Positions 12,850 to 28,442 of a DNA stretch of 64,000 nt are shown here, piece after piece. Below the pieces are notes generated by a model that was not told the origin of the DNA, did not search any database, and worked only from the letters and a program-made list of their open reading frames with translations. The DNA comes from Octopus vulgaris (taxonomy: Eukaryota): contig OX597815.1 in NCBI GenBank assembly GCA_951406725.2, forward strand, positions 149,978,001 to 150,042,000. Reading direction: 5' to 3'. Numbering within the stretch: the stretch's first letter is position 1; every line of letters starts with the position of its first letter. The position numbers and the translations under genes are program-made.

Positions 12850-13315
12850 GTCTCAGCCGAAGGACTCCAGCCATGCTGGATCATCTACATTCGCTTTTGA
12901 AAAAGTTTCGTCCACGCTATGGAGATCTCCCAGGATCTATAGGAGGATATTGAAGAGCTGTGGGCCTTTGAAGCACATGGCGTTGCAGTATCCGGTCCTG
13001 TTTCCTGATGGTAATGTTGTGAAATTTAGTGCCATGGACTAGCGTTCCCTCCTGCTGTTTGTGTAACAATGCCAAAGTTTAGATCAAGTTTCTCTAGGAT
13101 TTTCCAGTTGTATATTATTGCATTTCTTCCCCGCCTTCATGCCAGGGAGTAGACTCTTATATCCGTCAGTCTCTCCCAGTAGCTGATATGTCGCATTATG
13201 TCGAACTTCTCTGTGTAACTTCGCTTGATCACCTCGCGTTCTGCCGTTAGTTTTATACTGTTTGGTGACCAGAGTTCTGAGTAGCAATGCAGCCGGCTTA
13301 GAATGAAAGTCCTTG
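12850..13315 (-). mobile_element. CR1-group LINE RT C-terminal fragment
   Basis: ILSRLHCYSELWSPNSIK...KRSYTEK...SYWERL is homologous to the element at 5640-8615. Confidence 0.85.
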
Positions 13316-13338
13316 ATATATATATATCCATACAAATC

Positions 13339-13370
<32 letters not shown>

Positions 13371-13381
13371 TGTGCATGCAT

Positions 13382-13444
<63 letters not shown>

Positions 13445-13458
13445 CATACATGTATATA

Positions 13459-13826
13459 TATGGTTAGGGCAGCGGACTCGCGGTCGTAGGATCGCGGTTT
13501 CGATTCCCAGACAGGGCGTTGTGAGTGTTTATTGAGCGAAAACACCTAAAGCTCCATGAGGCTCCGGCAGGGATGGTGGTGATCCCTGCTGTACTCTTTC
13601 ACCACAACTTTCTCTCACTCTTACTTCCTGTTTCTGTTGTACCTGTATTTCAAAGGGTCGGCCTTGTCACTCTCTGTGTCACGCTGAATATCCCCGAGAA
13701 CTACGTTAAGGGTACACGTGTCTGTGGAATGCTCAGCCACTTACACGTTAATTTCACGAGCAGGCTGTTCCGTTGATTCGGATCAACCGGAACCCTCGTC
13801 GTCGTAACCGACAGAGTGCTTCCATT

Positions 13827-13828
<2 letters not shown>
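13459..13828 (+). mobile_element. tRNA-derived SINE family R
   Basis: Partial A box TGGTTAGG, B box GGTTTCGATTCC, GC-rich ~370 bp body ending in a short (TTCCA) repeat, flanked by TA microsatellites. Confidence 0.75.
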
Positions 13829-13880
<52 letters not shown>

Positions 13881-14040
13881 TCAAGAGGAATAACCATTAA
13901 AATGGACACCTTATATGCTAAACATAGACGTCAAATCGCCATTAACACGAATAATGTGTTCCCAAGAGCAATCTCAGCAAAACGCGAAAATGTAAAAATG
14001 AGCAAGACAAATGAAAATAAACGAACTAAAAAACGATTAC

Positions 14041-14114
14041 CTATGTACCAATGGTTTCAGTTGTTAATATCTAAGTATGCAGACACGCAGATAACTGCAA
14101 GATCGTCAGCATAG
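14041..14114 (-). ncRNA. Type I hammerhead ribozyme-like motif with extended stem II
   Basis: Minus strand: CTATG-CTGACGA-TCTTGC-AGTTATCT...AGAT..AACT-GAAA-CC-ATT-GG-TA-CATAG. Perfect 5-bp stem I and a GUA cleavage triplet. Confidence 0.6.
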
Positions 14115-14343
14115 TCTGTCGCTTACAAAACACAATTTCCAGAAGTAGATACAGAGCGCACAACCGAAACCGATCATGTATATAGTTCTACAATTTTATA
14201 TTTAGGTGAATTTTTCAAATATCTTCACTTTGGCGCGCAGATGCCGGAAAATACTTTGCAATTAATAAAGTTGTACTTTAGACCCGGCATCTGAAAATCT
14301 GAGTATTAATATGACAACTGATTGTCCTATATTATATATATAT

Positions 14344-14405
<62 letters not shown>

Positions 14406-14445
14406 GTATGTATGTTTGTATGTATGTATGTATGTACATATATAC

Positions 14446-14508
<63 letters not shown>

Positions 14509-14539
14509 TATATATATATATACGCATATATATATATAC

Positions 14540-14589
<50 letters not shown>

Positions 14590-15271
14590 ATATATATCTG
14601 CAAAGATAGATATATAGATACATAGGTATGCGTCATTGGGTACATGGATTTATTCTTCTCGAACGTAGAAACTGCAAACGAAAAGAAAAAATGTATTTTT
14701 GTTTATTTAAAGATGAAAGGAATTTAACGATGCACTTAATGGAGGTGCTCTCGTAATCTATTTTAGACTAAACGATATTGGATTTACCAAGTTGTTAGAC
14801 GTCGTTCAGATCTTGACTAGTTTCGCCATCCCTTCATATCTTGTAGCACGTTTCTCCCTCTTTTCCTTTCTTTATATAATCTTCTCGTGCTTCGTATTCA
14901 CTGCATTAATCCCGTCATTTGCAGCTGCCAGAATGTGTACACTTCATTACACACGTCGACTTTTTGCAAAAGTTAGTTTCTCTAGCATGGCTTCAACTTG
15001 TAATTAGATTTGTATGTATTTTCGACGAATAGAAAAAATATTCTGGATAATTTGTTACTTTATTTCTTTTTATTAAGGGGGTGGGGTGAAGTGGAATAAA
15101 TATTATTACAGAAAATATAAGTCGTTTGAGCGTGTATTTCGGCGTCGACTCTGGTTCATTTGCATACTTACAACCGCACTCGTATAATTGCTATTTCGCA
15201 TATTTGCATGTATGTGAGGGATACATGATTTCTCTTCCACATTTCTACTCCCCTTCCATCACTCACTGTCC

Positions 15272-15307
<36 letters not shown>

Positions 15308-15329
15308 TTATATATATATATATAATCCC

Positions 15330-15730
15330 TTTATTCTGTACTCGTTTACTTGTTTCAGTCATTTGGCTGGATCGCCGCCTTTAGTTGAACAAATCGACCC
15401 CAGGACGTATTCTTTGTAAGCCTAGTACTTATTGTACTGGTCTCTTTTGCCAAACCGCTAAGTTACGGGGACGAAAACGCACCCCCATCGATTGTCAAGC
15501 GGTGCTGGGGGGGACAAACACAGACACACAAACACACACACATATATACATAAACATGCATATATACGATGGGCTTCTTTCAGTTTCCGTTTACCAAATC
15601 AACTCACAGTGCTTTAGTCGGCCCGAGGCGATAGTAGAATACACTTGCCCAAATTGCCACGCAGTGGGACTGAACCCGGAACCATGTGGTTGGTAAGCAA
15701 GATACTTACCACACAGCCACTCCTGTGCCT
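15330..15730 (-). mobile_element. SINE family A copy
   Basis: Colinear with 11927-12333. Confidence 0.9.
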
Positions 15731-15862
15731 ATATGTATATATAAATGAAAAAATACCCATTAAGTACAGGACATCACCAACGAGAGAAAAATACGTAGAC
15801 ACACGAGAGGACAAACTACCAACAGAAATATATATATATATATATATATATACGCATACCTA

Positions 15863-16364
15863 CAGGGGCTGGACAAAGTAATGGAAACAACTAGCATCAT
15901 AGTATCGTGATTTTGAAATATATATAAAATCGTCAAAAGCTTGTTTATTTTTATGTTTTTTTGATTTATTATTACTGTTGTTTCATATATTTTGCTAAAA
16001 TGCTGTTTCTTAATATATTTTGTAAAAATTGCAGCAATTCACACAGCTAAATTTGTTATCGAATGGCACGAAGATCATTCTAGTGAGGCTGCACATCTTA
16101 TCTGGCCACCGCAATCCCTAAATCTCAATATTATTCAACATCTATGGTGCATTTTAGAAAAACAAACAAGGAATCGATATCATCCACCATCATCACTACA
16201 AGAACTAGGGACTGTTTTAGCTGAAGAATGGATGAAATTTCTTTGGAAACAAGTCAAACTTTGTAGGAAGCCATAGCTCGTAGGATTCAAGTTGTATTTA
16301 CTGACGTATTAAAATAAATTTGTTTATAATTTCAAGGTGTTTCCATCATTTTGTTCAACCCCTG
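15863..16364 (+). mobile_element. Internally deleted Tc1-like transposon
   Basis: TIRs CAGGGGCTGGACAAAGTAATGGAAACA / TGTTTCCATCATTTTGTTCAACCCCTG with TA on both sides; encodes WPPQSLNLNIIQHLW (the Tc1 WP.QSPDLN.IE motif). Confidence 0.9.
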
Positions 16365-16387
16365 TATGTATATATGTATGTATGAAT

Positions 16388-16461
<74 letters not shown>

Positions 16462-16656
16462 GACAGAAGTAGTATTACTATGTAACAGTTGTGGTTTCCT
16501 TGATTTTGTTGCAATAAACGAGATTAGAAACAGAGATAATTGATGGGCTAGATGATATGAAACTAAGAACAACATAAAGCTAGTAACAAGAAGATATCTA
16601 TTGAATTAGTGCACGCACAAAACGGAGCGGGAATTTGGCATACAGTTTTTAATAAA

Positions 16657-18827
16657 GGGTTTCGCAATCATTTTCGTACGCTTATCATTCAATTTGATAA
16701 TTTGGTCATTGAAAGTCGCGAAAAAATTAACGCCACGAAGTTAGTCATTGAAATTTGTTTCTCGACCATCCAATTTCGCACTTTGGTCAAAGAATTTTGC
16801 ATTTTCATCATTCAAATTAAAATGCGCGTCGAGAGCATTCAAATTAGTCGGAACGCTAGGAAGCTTCATTTCAAGTATCCAATTTCACACTTGGGTTTTC
16901 GAGTTCGGAATAAGTTTATTCCATTTAGCATTAATTTTACGTGTGTGTTTTTACACACAGCCTAAGAAGTGAATGTTAAAAGTAATAAATTTAAATTTAT
17001 TATGTTGTTATAGCTACAAGGAAGAAATAATTTACAAGATCCTTCTGTCCACGAAACTCTTTTTCATTGCAACTTTCGTAACCGGTTGGTATCATTTGCA
17101 TTTTATATCCTTTTTTCTTACAACAGCTTGAAAGGTACATGCGTATATCGGACGAAGATAGAGCAAGGTTGGTTGACGCCTTCGGTGGGTATTAAACCTA
17201 TTATCTGAAACTGGCAGGCACACTTGGCATTAAATAGATCCATAGTAGAAACCCACCTACGGCCTGGGGGGGGGGCACAATTTGCCCAGAGGAGGTGCCC
17301 CCATGTTAGTATTGATGAGGAAATGCGAGCTCGACTTCAGGTGATTATTGATGCCAACCCACTCCCAACCCTTCAACAGATGAAAAGGGATTTAGAGGCA
17401 GCATTACCCGGAAAACATCATGTTTCTGTGTCTGCAATCTCACGGGCTCTAGATGGGATGTTGATAACTATGAATTTGGCCGAAAACGTTACAGACGCAA
17501 GAAATACCCTAAGAACTCCGAAAAAAGCGTCATGAGTACGCACATCGGTTCATGGAAGAAGTCGTCAGCCATTGCGTATTCATTGATGAATGTGGGTACA
17601 ACATTTAGATCAGGCGATCTTTTGTACGAACCCTTCGAGGTGTTACTGTTCGCCGAGTTGTCAACCGTCAGCATGGGAAAAACTGCAACGTCACTTTCGC
17701 GGTGTCGGGAGAAATTGGCCTGCTTCACCACTCCTTTACGAACGATACTGTTACCGGAAACTCTTTCGAGGAGTCCTTGACAGAAACAGTTCGAGCATGT
17801 TCCCAGCGAATAGATCCGTCAACCTGATCTACGACAACGCACGACCACACGTTCGTGGCGAGCTCCCAGCTGACGCCAACCTAAGGATCAGTCTGAAGCT
17901 CCTGCATCCCTACTCGTTGTTCTTTAATCCTACGGAAATGGCGCATCCTGCCTTTCAAGCGGCTGTCAAAGGAGACCTCGCTCCAGTTCAGTTGCAGCAA
18001 TGGGTTGGCAACCGACCAGCTGCAGAAGAAACACATGTCATACAATACATCACAAGACGTAACATCAACGCTATCATTCCAGAAAACTATCTTCATTGGT
18101 ACAGACACACCTAAACCTCCTCCCGAGATGCCTCAACCGTCAGGAAATAGACGGCTAAATCCTCTCAAAGAACTCTCCTTATCAAGATTGTAAATCAATA
18201 ATTATCTTAGTGTACCTAGTACCCTTTCCCCGAAAGAAAAAAACGCAAAAATAAAAGAAATATATACTTTTCTCAACGGGACATATGCAAGGGAAGAACA
18301 CATGTCACAACATAATATATTCAAAATCAAAGAAAATTAGCATTTGTTGTAAATGTGAGTCTCTTTAAAAAGATTGAAGAGGCTGGAATACGATTTCATG
18401 AAGTCTTTAACAATAAATACATGTACGTATGCCAGAATAAAAGAATACATACAAAATACATGGACACGAGAGAGTGCTTAAAACATAAATAATGCATGAA
18501 AACTAATGGTTATGATAACAATGATCATGTGATATAACTACAAGGGCCGTCATGCTAATCTGATTGCTTCAAGTGTTAAATAGATTGCTCCGAAACGAAT
18601 GTGAATGCTCGAAAAGACGGTTCCTCGTATTCCGACTAATTTGAATGCTCTCGACGGTCATTTTAATTTGAATGATGTAAATGATAAATTCTTTGACCGA
18701 AGTGCGAAATTGAACGATCGAAAAAGAAATTTGAATGACTAACTTCACAGCACTAATTTTTTTCGTGACTTGGAATGGTTCAATTATCAAATTGAATGAC
18801 AAACGTACGAAAATGACTACAAAAATC
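16657..18827 (+). mobile_element. IS630-Tc1-mariner transposon with long (>200 bp) TIRs, decayed transposase
   Basis: 16657-16870 is an imperfect reverse complement of ~18610-18827. Frameshifted ORF ~17135-18110 has an HTH region plus FIDECG, YDNARPH and PYSLFFNPTE catalytic motifs. Confidence 0.92.
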
Positions 18828-18829
18828 TA

Positions 18830-20160
18830 TAATAGATTGGAGTGTATAGAAAAACATGAGCAAGAACATTGGTACTGAATCCTAAGTGGGTCGGACCAAA
18901 TGCTTAACTGAATATATCCACCATCAGGGTCAACTTTGCCTCTCATTCTTGAAGAAGTATTTATTAAAAGAATATTTCTTCCTAAAACTATGTTCATTAC
19001 TGATGTTTTCCTTGCAGTACGTTTGATTTTATTTCGTGCCACTTGTCTCGCATAATTATGTTCTTGATCTGTAGTTAAAGACTTTATATTCTTATCATCA
19101 GGTAGATCTATTCCAAAACTTTTGGGGTTGGGATTTTTTCGCGATATTTTGTCTCACAGCAGTTTCGCTATTTTCTGCTTCCTCCAGCCACCAGTTTTAT
19201 TATTTTGCTCGGTAAGTTTACCAGATTGAAGAGCTTCCCCAAACTATTTCTACAGCATTTGCACTTCCGTTATTATCTTTTTCAATTTCCGCCAAGAATA
19301 TCAATCAACCCTGGCCGGCTTGATGAAAAACAAAACAAATAGCGACTTTCCTGCCCTCGGTTGCTTCATTCTCATACTTTCTAATTTTGGTAGCTTTTTT
19401 GCCTTCACTTACTTTCTCTTTAAGTCATAATATCTTCGCAAATGGTACATTTACTGCAAACAACCTTTCTCTTCAAATCTCACACGCCGCTTGTCTAGTT
19501 TGGTTAACTGTTCTCCAGTACTCTTTCTCTCCATTATTATTCACCATTGGCATGGGTGAACCTCCTAGCCCTTCTCTTGCATTTCACGTTCCGCTAACAT
19601 GACTACAAATATTTTAACACTTGCTGATATCAATATTTTTGTACCTTCAATGTTTTCAATCACATTGTGGGTGTTATCTCTTTAAACGAGATTCCAGCTA
19701 TTTTTCTCAAATTAACCAAATCCAATGCCTCTGACTCTATCATTTTCCTTTTCTTTTTTCCTAAGATCTCCAGCTTTGCAAGCCAAATTAATTTTCCTTC
19801 TGCATGCTCCTACTTGCCCAAACTAAAACTACCAGCTGAACCTTCTTTATTTAAATTTAAATAGCTTTGTTTAATAGCTAAATCTTCTTTGTTAGCTATG
19901 ACAGTTCATTCTCCTGATTATCGGAAGTTTTGTCGTCATCCATAGGCCCTTCATAGCTTTTCTTCTAATAATTATGGGTTATTATCTCCCTGCATTTCTT
20001 CAGTCTCGAAGCCGAAATAATGTTTCAATTCAATCCCAGATACACAATATTCCATCCTGCTAACTCGTTCACCGCACTTAAATATTCGTATACCATTTCA
20101 AACGTTCAGCAACCTTTTCCAGAGAATTCACTTCTTGAATTAATAGCATTTCATTGCAAT
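18830..20160 (-). mobile_element. Highly decayed non-LTR retrotransposon remnant, probably R4/Dong clade
   Basis: Fragmentary motifs such as IDLPDDKNIKSL (typical before YKYLG); many stops. Confidence 0.45.
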
Positions 20161-20199
20161 CTTGTTCATTTCCTCCTCCTCCTATTTCTACTCCTACTT

Positions 20200-20321
20200 C
20201 CCTTCTTCTTCTTCTTCTTCTTCTTCTTCTTCTTCTTCTTCTTCTTCTTCTTCTTCTTCTTCTTCTTCTTCTTCTTCTTCTTCTTCTTCTTCTTCTTCTT
20301 CTTCTTCTTCTCCTTCTTCTT

Positions 20322-20381
<60 letters not shown>

Positions 20382-20417
20382 ACTACTACTACTACTATTG
20401 TTGTTATTATTATTATT
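20200..20417. repeat. Compound (CTT)n(CTA)n(TTA)n trinucleotide array
   Basis: Direct inspection. Confidence 0.95.
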
Positions 20418-20900
20418 GCCATTTCACGGCTAATTCTATAAGAACGGGCAAAGACCTGCTGTCAATGATCGCACAGGGGACATTTCCACAATACTTAACA
20501 TTCAAGTATCAAGCGTAAAATCCTCGCTGTTCAGAAATAAAGCAATTTCTCTTACTATTGTTGTTGTTGTCATTATTTCGTATATTTCGAACACGTAGAA
20601 CGGATTAGACTATTGGGAAAAAAATTCCTAATATCGGACTACAACAAACCTTTGATAATATTGTATCATGGAGTTGCACTGAAGTAAATTATATGTCTAT
20701 TTCCTTTAGCCATCTGTTCAAATCTACAGGAATATTTTCTAATGCGCCTATAACTACAGGGATACATTTTACTCGCCCTTTCCGTAGCCTCTGTAACTCA
20801 ATGGACAGGTCCTAGTAAGTTACTATTTTCTCCATACCACTCATATTGACTTTTTTTGTACCATTGTACAATATGCATGTCGCCTCTTTCCCAGTGTATA
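20418..20900 (-). mobile_element. R4/Dong-like LINE 3' end (restriction-like endonuclease C-terminus)
   Basis: Minus-strand translation VKCIPVVIGALENIP..LNRWLKEI; the element end runs into (AAT)/(AGT) repeats. Confidence 0.65.
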
Positions 20901-21059
20901 GCGTGTATCCTTTTTATTAATTTACTTATTTCTGTTTTATTTACTTCTTTTTTACCATCTCATTATTACACGTAACCCCCACATTTTTATGTCTGTCTCT
21001 GTATTGCCCCCCTCATCTTTCGACCACGTGGCAAATAAATGAAATCATTATCATCACTG

Positions 21060-21155
<96 letters not shown>

Positions 21156-21169
21156 TTTTCTCTTTTTTT

Positions 21170-21560
21170 CTCTTTTCTCTTTTACTTGTTTCAGTCATTT
21201 GACTACGGCCATGCTGGAGCACCGCCTTTAGTCGAGTAAATCGACCCCAGGACTTATTCTTTGGAAGCCTAGTACTTATTGTATCTGTCTCTTTTGCCGT
21301 ACTGCTATATTACGGGGACGTAAACACACCAGCATCGGTTGTCATGCGATGACATACAGACACACAAACATACACACACATACATATGTATATGCATATA
21401 TACAATAGGCTTCTTTCAATTTCCGTCTACCAAATCCACTCACAAGGCTTTGGTCGGCCCGAGGCTATAGTGGAAGTCACTTGCCCAAGGTGCAGCGCAG
21501 TGGGAATGAATCCGGAACCGTGTGGTTGATAAGCAAGCTACTTACCACACAGCCATTCCT
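21170..21560 (-). mobile_element. SINE family A copy
   Basis: Colinear with 11927-12333. Confidence 0.9.
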
Positions 21561-21564
21561 AATA

Positions 21565-23590
21565 ATTTTCAGTTCCTAATTTGATCATTACAAGTGCTCC
21601 TGCTATCATTGATATTGTAACCATCTTGAGATGTCACATCTTTTCAATTTCAATCAGCAAATCTTTATATTTTCTGAGCTTATCAAATTCTTTTGCCAAG
21701 ACATTATGACCATAAGGTATGCTCATGTCAATCAATAAACAGATTTTATCGTTTTCTTCTTTCACAACAATATCTGGTTAATTAGCTTTGATGGTTCGTC
21801 TTGTATACACTGGAATGTCGCAAAAATCGTTACATTTTCTCCCTCAGTTACAACCTCAGTGTTGTGCTTCTACCATTTATCAGCAGTGTTGATTTTAAAA
21901 TACTGACATCTAAACAAATGCAGATAATGCCCAATGTCTTGATTTACAATATACAGGTGCTAAAACTTTACACCCAGAGATAAGGTGGTCCACTGTTTCC
22001 ATCCTACCAATGGAGTAAACTCCAATTTTCATCCCATTGGCTTGAGAGTTCCGACTCAATAATCTCTGATATTGCACGACGAAAGTAAAGCCTTCACCCT
22101 GTGTCTTCAGACCTGAGCTCCGTAGCTACTAATCGGTGGGCTTCTAGTCTATATCAACTTGTTGCTACGAGTTATATATTTGCCATGCAGAGGGTTTTAC
22201 TCCCACCTCTCAGTCAATTGTTCAAACGCTTTTTTTTTTCTTTGTTCTTGATTTAATCTTCTTTGCAACAACAGTTGTTGCGTTTTCATCATGAGTTCAA
22301 ACTTGGGTATCATGCATAAACTCACAAGGCAATTGTTTGCTCTCTTTCATGATAGAATGAAGCTTCTTACGTCTCTCGTGGTTTTCACCGAGTTTTAGAA
22401 TCCAATGGTTAGATGTTTGAAGATATTTGGCCAGTCCACTTGTGATGGTTTCGTAAGAGATTTCTAACTAGATCAAACTTCGAGCTCCTTGGGTTATGAG
22501 GAGATAAAAACGATCCGTGTCTGCCTTTGGGTGATGCATCCTATTGCTTGTCAGCAGCTTGATCTTCGTTTCAATTTCCTTTAATCTGCTGATACTCTAA
22601 TTGAACGCACTGAAGCTATAGATAACAACAAGAGCTGCTGAGGAATTTATGGATAAAACCTTGTTATGTGTATTTAACTCAGATTTTAGGACTGCCCGAA
22701 TTCTCCTGTAACATTCCTTTCTGATCTTCTCCTTCATATTTGCATGCCGAATGCCAGAACACACATTTTTCCAAAGTATTTGGAGGTTTGTTCCTGCTGA
22801 GATTCTTTTATAACTGTATAAACATCTAACATCACTGAATATGAGGTCTTCAACTTTCATTCTGGAAAGTGGCCTTGGAACATTTATCAAGACCAAATTT
22901 CATCCCGACATCATCACTAAACTCTTTCACACTACGTGATAGGCCTACAATCTCAATATTGTCTTTGCCATAAAGTTTTAAGACATCCATATAAAAGAAA
23001 TAGCTCATTTTCTTGATCTGAATTTTATACCAATATTCTGTTCTGTTAAGTTCGCTTGTAAGAGTTATTAGGGCTATACAAAAGAAAAGGGGTGAAAATG
23101 AGTCACCTTCAAAAATGTCACAGTTGATGATATCATTTGAAGTCAGTACTACATTAGAGTGGTATCATTGGAGATCCATGTTCCACAATGACATGTCATA
23201 CTTCAGGATGTTTGAAATTACATCATCTGATTCTTCAATTCCTTCCTGTCATTCCCCTATCTCTGAGTCTATTATTTCTAAAGATGTACCTCCTAACATT
23301 TTCTAACTAGTTTTCACCCAAATAGCTGTCTTGATTTTGTGTTCTCCATATTTGAGAACAGTCTACGATGCGTTTCACTCCATGGCCTACGTAAGGCATG
23401 GTAATAAGCGCATATTACATCTTCATTCTCTTCTTGGGTTCATTTCATCCTCTTACAAATTTCTTGTTATTGTGGCTGCGGTGGTGAACTTAGAGGGCTC
23501 TAGTTGGGGCCATTCGCATTCAAGTAACCTTCCAAATTCGTATTCAGAGAAGAGTTTGTACCAGTGGATGACTTTTCGACAGCCAGACTG
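21565..23590 (-). mobile_element. R4/Dong-clade non-LTR retrotransposon remnant (RT + RLE)
   Basis: IFEGDSFSPLFFCIAL, FYMDVLKLY, KSELNTHNKVLSINS, MHHPKADTDR, PDIVV...CLLIDMSIP...KLRKYKDL. Confidence 0.85.
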
Positions 23591-24374
23591 ATTCTCTCCG
23601 TGGTTTTCACCGAGTTTTAGAATCCAATGGTTAGATGTTTGAAGATATTTGGCCAGTCCACTTGTGATGGTTTTTGTGAAATATTAATAATTTAGTATTG
23701 AGCCCAGTGTGGCTGATGTAGAAACGGTTGTTATCTGTGTCACTATATACAGCTCCGCCATTCTTACCATTCCAATTACTTCTAACTTGCACTTACAGCA
23801 GCAGTGGCCATCGTTAATTACCACTAATACTGCCGTAGTCTCTATCTATGCCGCCACCTTTTGTAGTCATGGCAACAGTATAGCTGTTATCGTCGTTGTT
23901 ATGCGTTGCTGCAGAATTTAGTTAAGTCTCTCAGCTTCGCTTCTACTCCTGTGTAGTAATATAAAATGTTGTTGGGTTTCGACTTTTCCCTTGTACTTGA
24001 GATAATCATAATTACGTGAGGGTTGGTGAATAGTTGGAAGAAGAGAAGCAGCTTAGTGGACATACATACAAATAACATTAGTTTGTAAATACGTTCAGCA
24101 GATGAAGACATGGAGATCAACAATGGAGCCTTCGCATTCCTATTATTGATGTTGTTGTTGCTGTTACATTATGCATACATATGTACATGGGTACATTTGA
24201 TTTTACAAAGTGAATCAACGAGGAATGAACGCCAAATCCAAAGTCAAGTCATATATATATATATATTATGTATGTATGTATGTATGTATGTATGAATATA
24301 TATATGCATGTATATATCTATGTACGTAAATATATGTATGTATATAAGTATATGTATGTATATATGTATTTATG

Positions 24375-24417
<43 letters not shown>

Positions 24418-24445
24418 GTATATATATGTGTATATATATATGTAC

Positions 24446-24498
<53 letters not shown>

Positions 24499-25784
24499 CA
24501 TGTATATATATGTATGTATGTATGTATAGATATATTGAGAGACAGAGAGAGAAAGAGAAAAGAGGATGAGTGAGAGGAAAATAAGTACAGGGAGACAGAC
24601 ACGCACACAGACAGACAGGCAGATAGATAGATTAATAGACAGAAAGATAGCTTCACGAATAGATAGATTAATAAATAGCTATGCGCATTTATGTGTAGCG
24701 TGTGTATCTGTGAGTTCGTCTATCTGTTTTTGAGTGCACTCATTCACAAAAGTAACCACAGTGTAAAGATTCAGTAGAAAACTCGATGAGATTAAATGCT
24801 TTTATTGCATCCCATTTATTTGTATTACTTACATTTCATTGTCCATTCATCCTTTATTCTGAATTCGCTGAACAAATACCAATGTGTGACCGAGATTAAA
24901 GTAAAGTTTTACAATCCAGCGTGAACATAATTGAATAGGATACACGAGAGCAAAGCAAAAATTATGCAATATGCGATGAACTAAAAAGGCCATAACAAAA
25001 TCGAGAATTTGACATATTTTGAAAATTCTGCTAAAAACAGCGCAATGACAAGGAAAATGTTAAACATTGCTATACTTTTTATGTCAAGTGTTATTAATAC
25101 TTGTGTAATGTATAGAGCCACCGATTTCGTTATTCTATCAACTGTATTTTCCAAAGGTTTGAAATAACAATGTTTCTAAAAGCTAAGTTGATATCAAGGA
25201 AATCAACGTTTCCTTTTTGGTTGCGTGGGCAAAGTAATCTTTATGTGTAAATTAATCAGTTTGCTCTTACAGAGAGTTCACTCATCCTTGTTCCTACATT
25301 AGTGAAGCAAGGTGTGTTACTACAGCGTATTCGTTCTGTTTATGCGCCAAACGAACAATGATTTGTAACAGAACAAAGGTTCTGATATCAAGAAACTAAC
25401 AGATAGAAAATATTTTGCACGAAGCAAACGTTAACAATTAGATTTTAGGATAAAGCTGTCTACTAAGTTATTTAGAAAATAAATTCTACAACCACGTAAC
25501 TATGCTTAACAATACATCGACTTTGAGAATAAAATTATGGTGCTTGGTATGGTATAAACTATATTATCATTTAGTTATCAGTAGATACATTGATACTGCA
25601 ATTATGTTCCTCCATACGTGATATTAATATCAAGCCATGACGTATAAAATATAAATGCTTAATTACAAAAAGCACCGCTTAAAGGAACCTGTAAGATATG
25701 GAACAAATGTGAATAAAATTTATGGAAATACAATTCTAAATACACACCGTTACCTCAAAATATGCTATCTCACCTGACATAGGG

Positions 25785-25821
<37 letters not shown>

Positions 25822-25827
<6 letters not shown>

Positions 25828-25997
25828 ATTTTGATTTTTTTTGATTTTTCCAGTTTCAGCCAATGAGCTGTGGCCATGCTGGGGCACCGCCATTTGGTTT
25901 GCTACACGGTTTTACCTCACAGATGCTTTTTAGCAAACGCCATCTGATGCATGAGAGAGTTCGATGCAGCTGCCCTCATCTGCACCTCCTGCCGTGA
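25822..25997 (-). mobile_element. CR1-group LINE 3' end fragment
   Basis: Encodes RQEVQMRAAASNSL (compare RQETRMRAAASNSL at ~5770), then GGCGGTGCCCCAGCATGGCC tail and (AAATCA) repeats. Confidence 0.85.
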
Positions 25998-26074
25998 GAA
26001 AAGAAGTTTGGGTAAGGTAGAATTTTCTAATTCTTATGCTTTCCTAAAACTTGATTTCGAAACGTACGTCCGTA

Positions 26075-28442
<2,368 letters not shown>

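Noticed and set aside
25260-25317. Possible micro-exon (TTTGCTCTTACAG...AAG/GTGTGT)
   Set aside because: Splice-like signals only; no recognisable peptide or partner exons, so expected by chance. Host exons in unique stretches cannot be excluded without RNA-seq.
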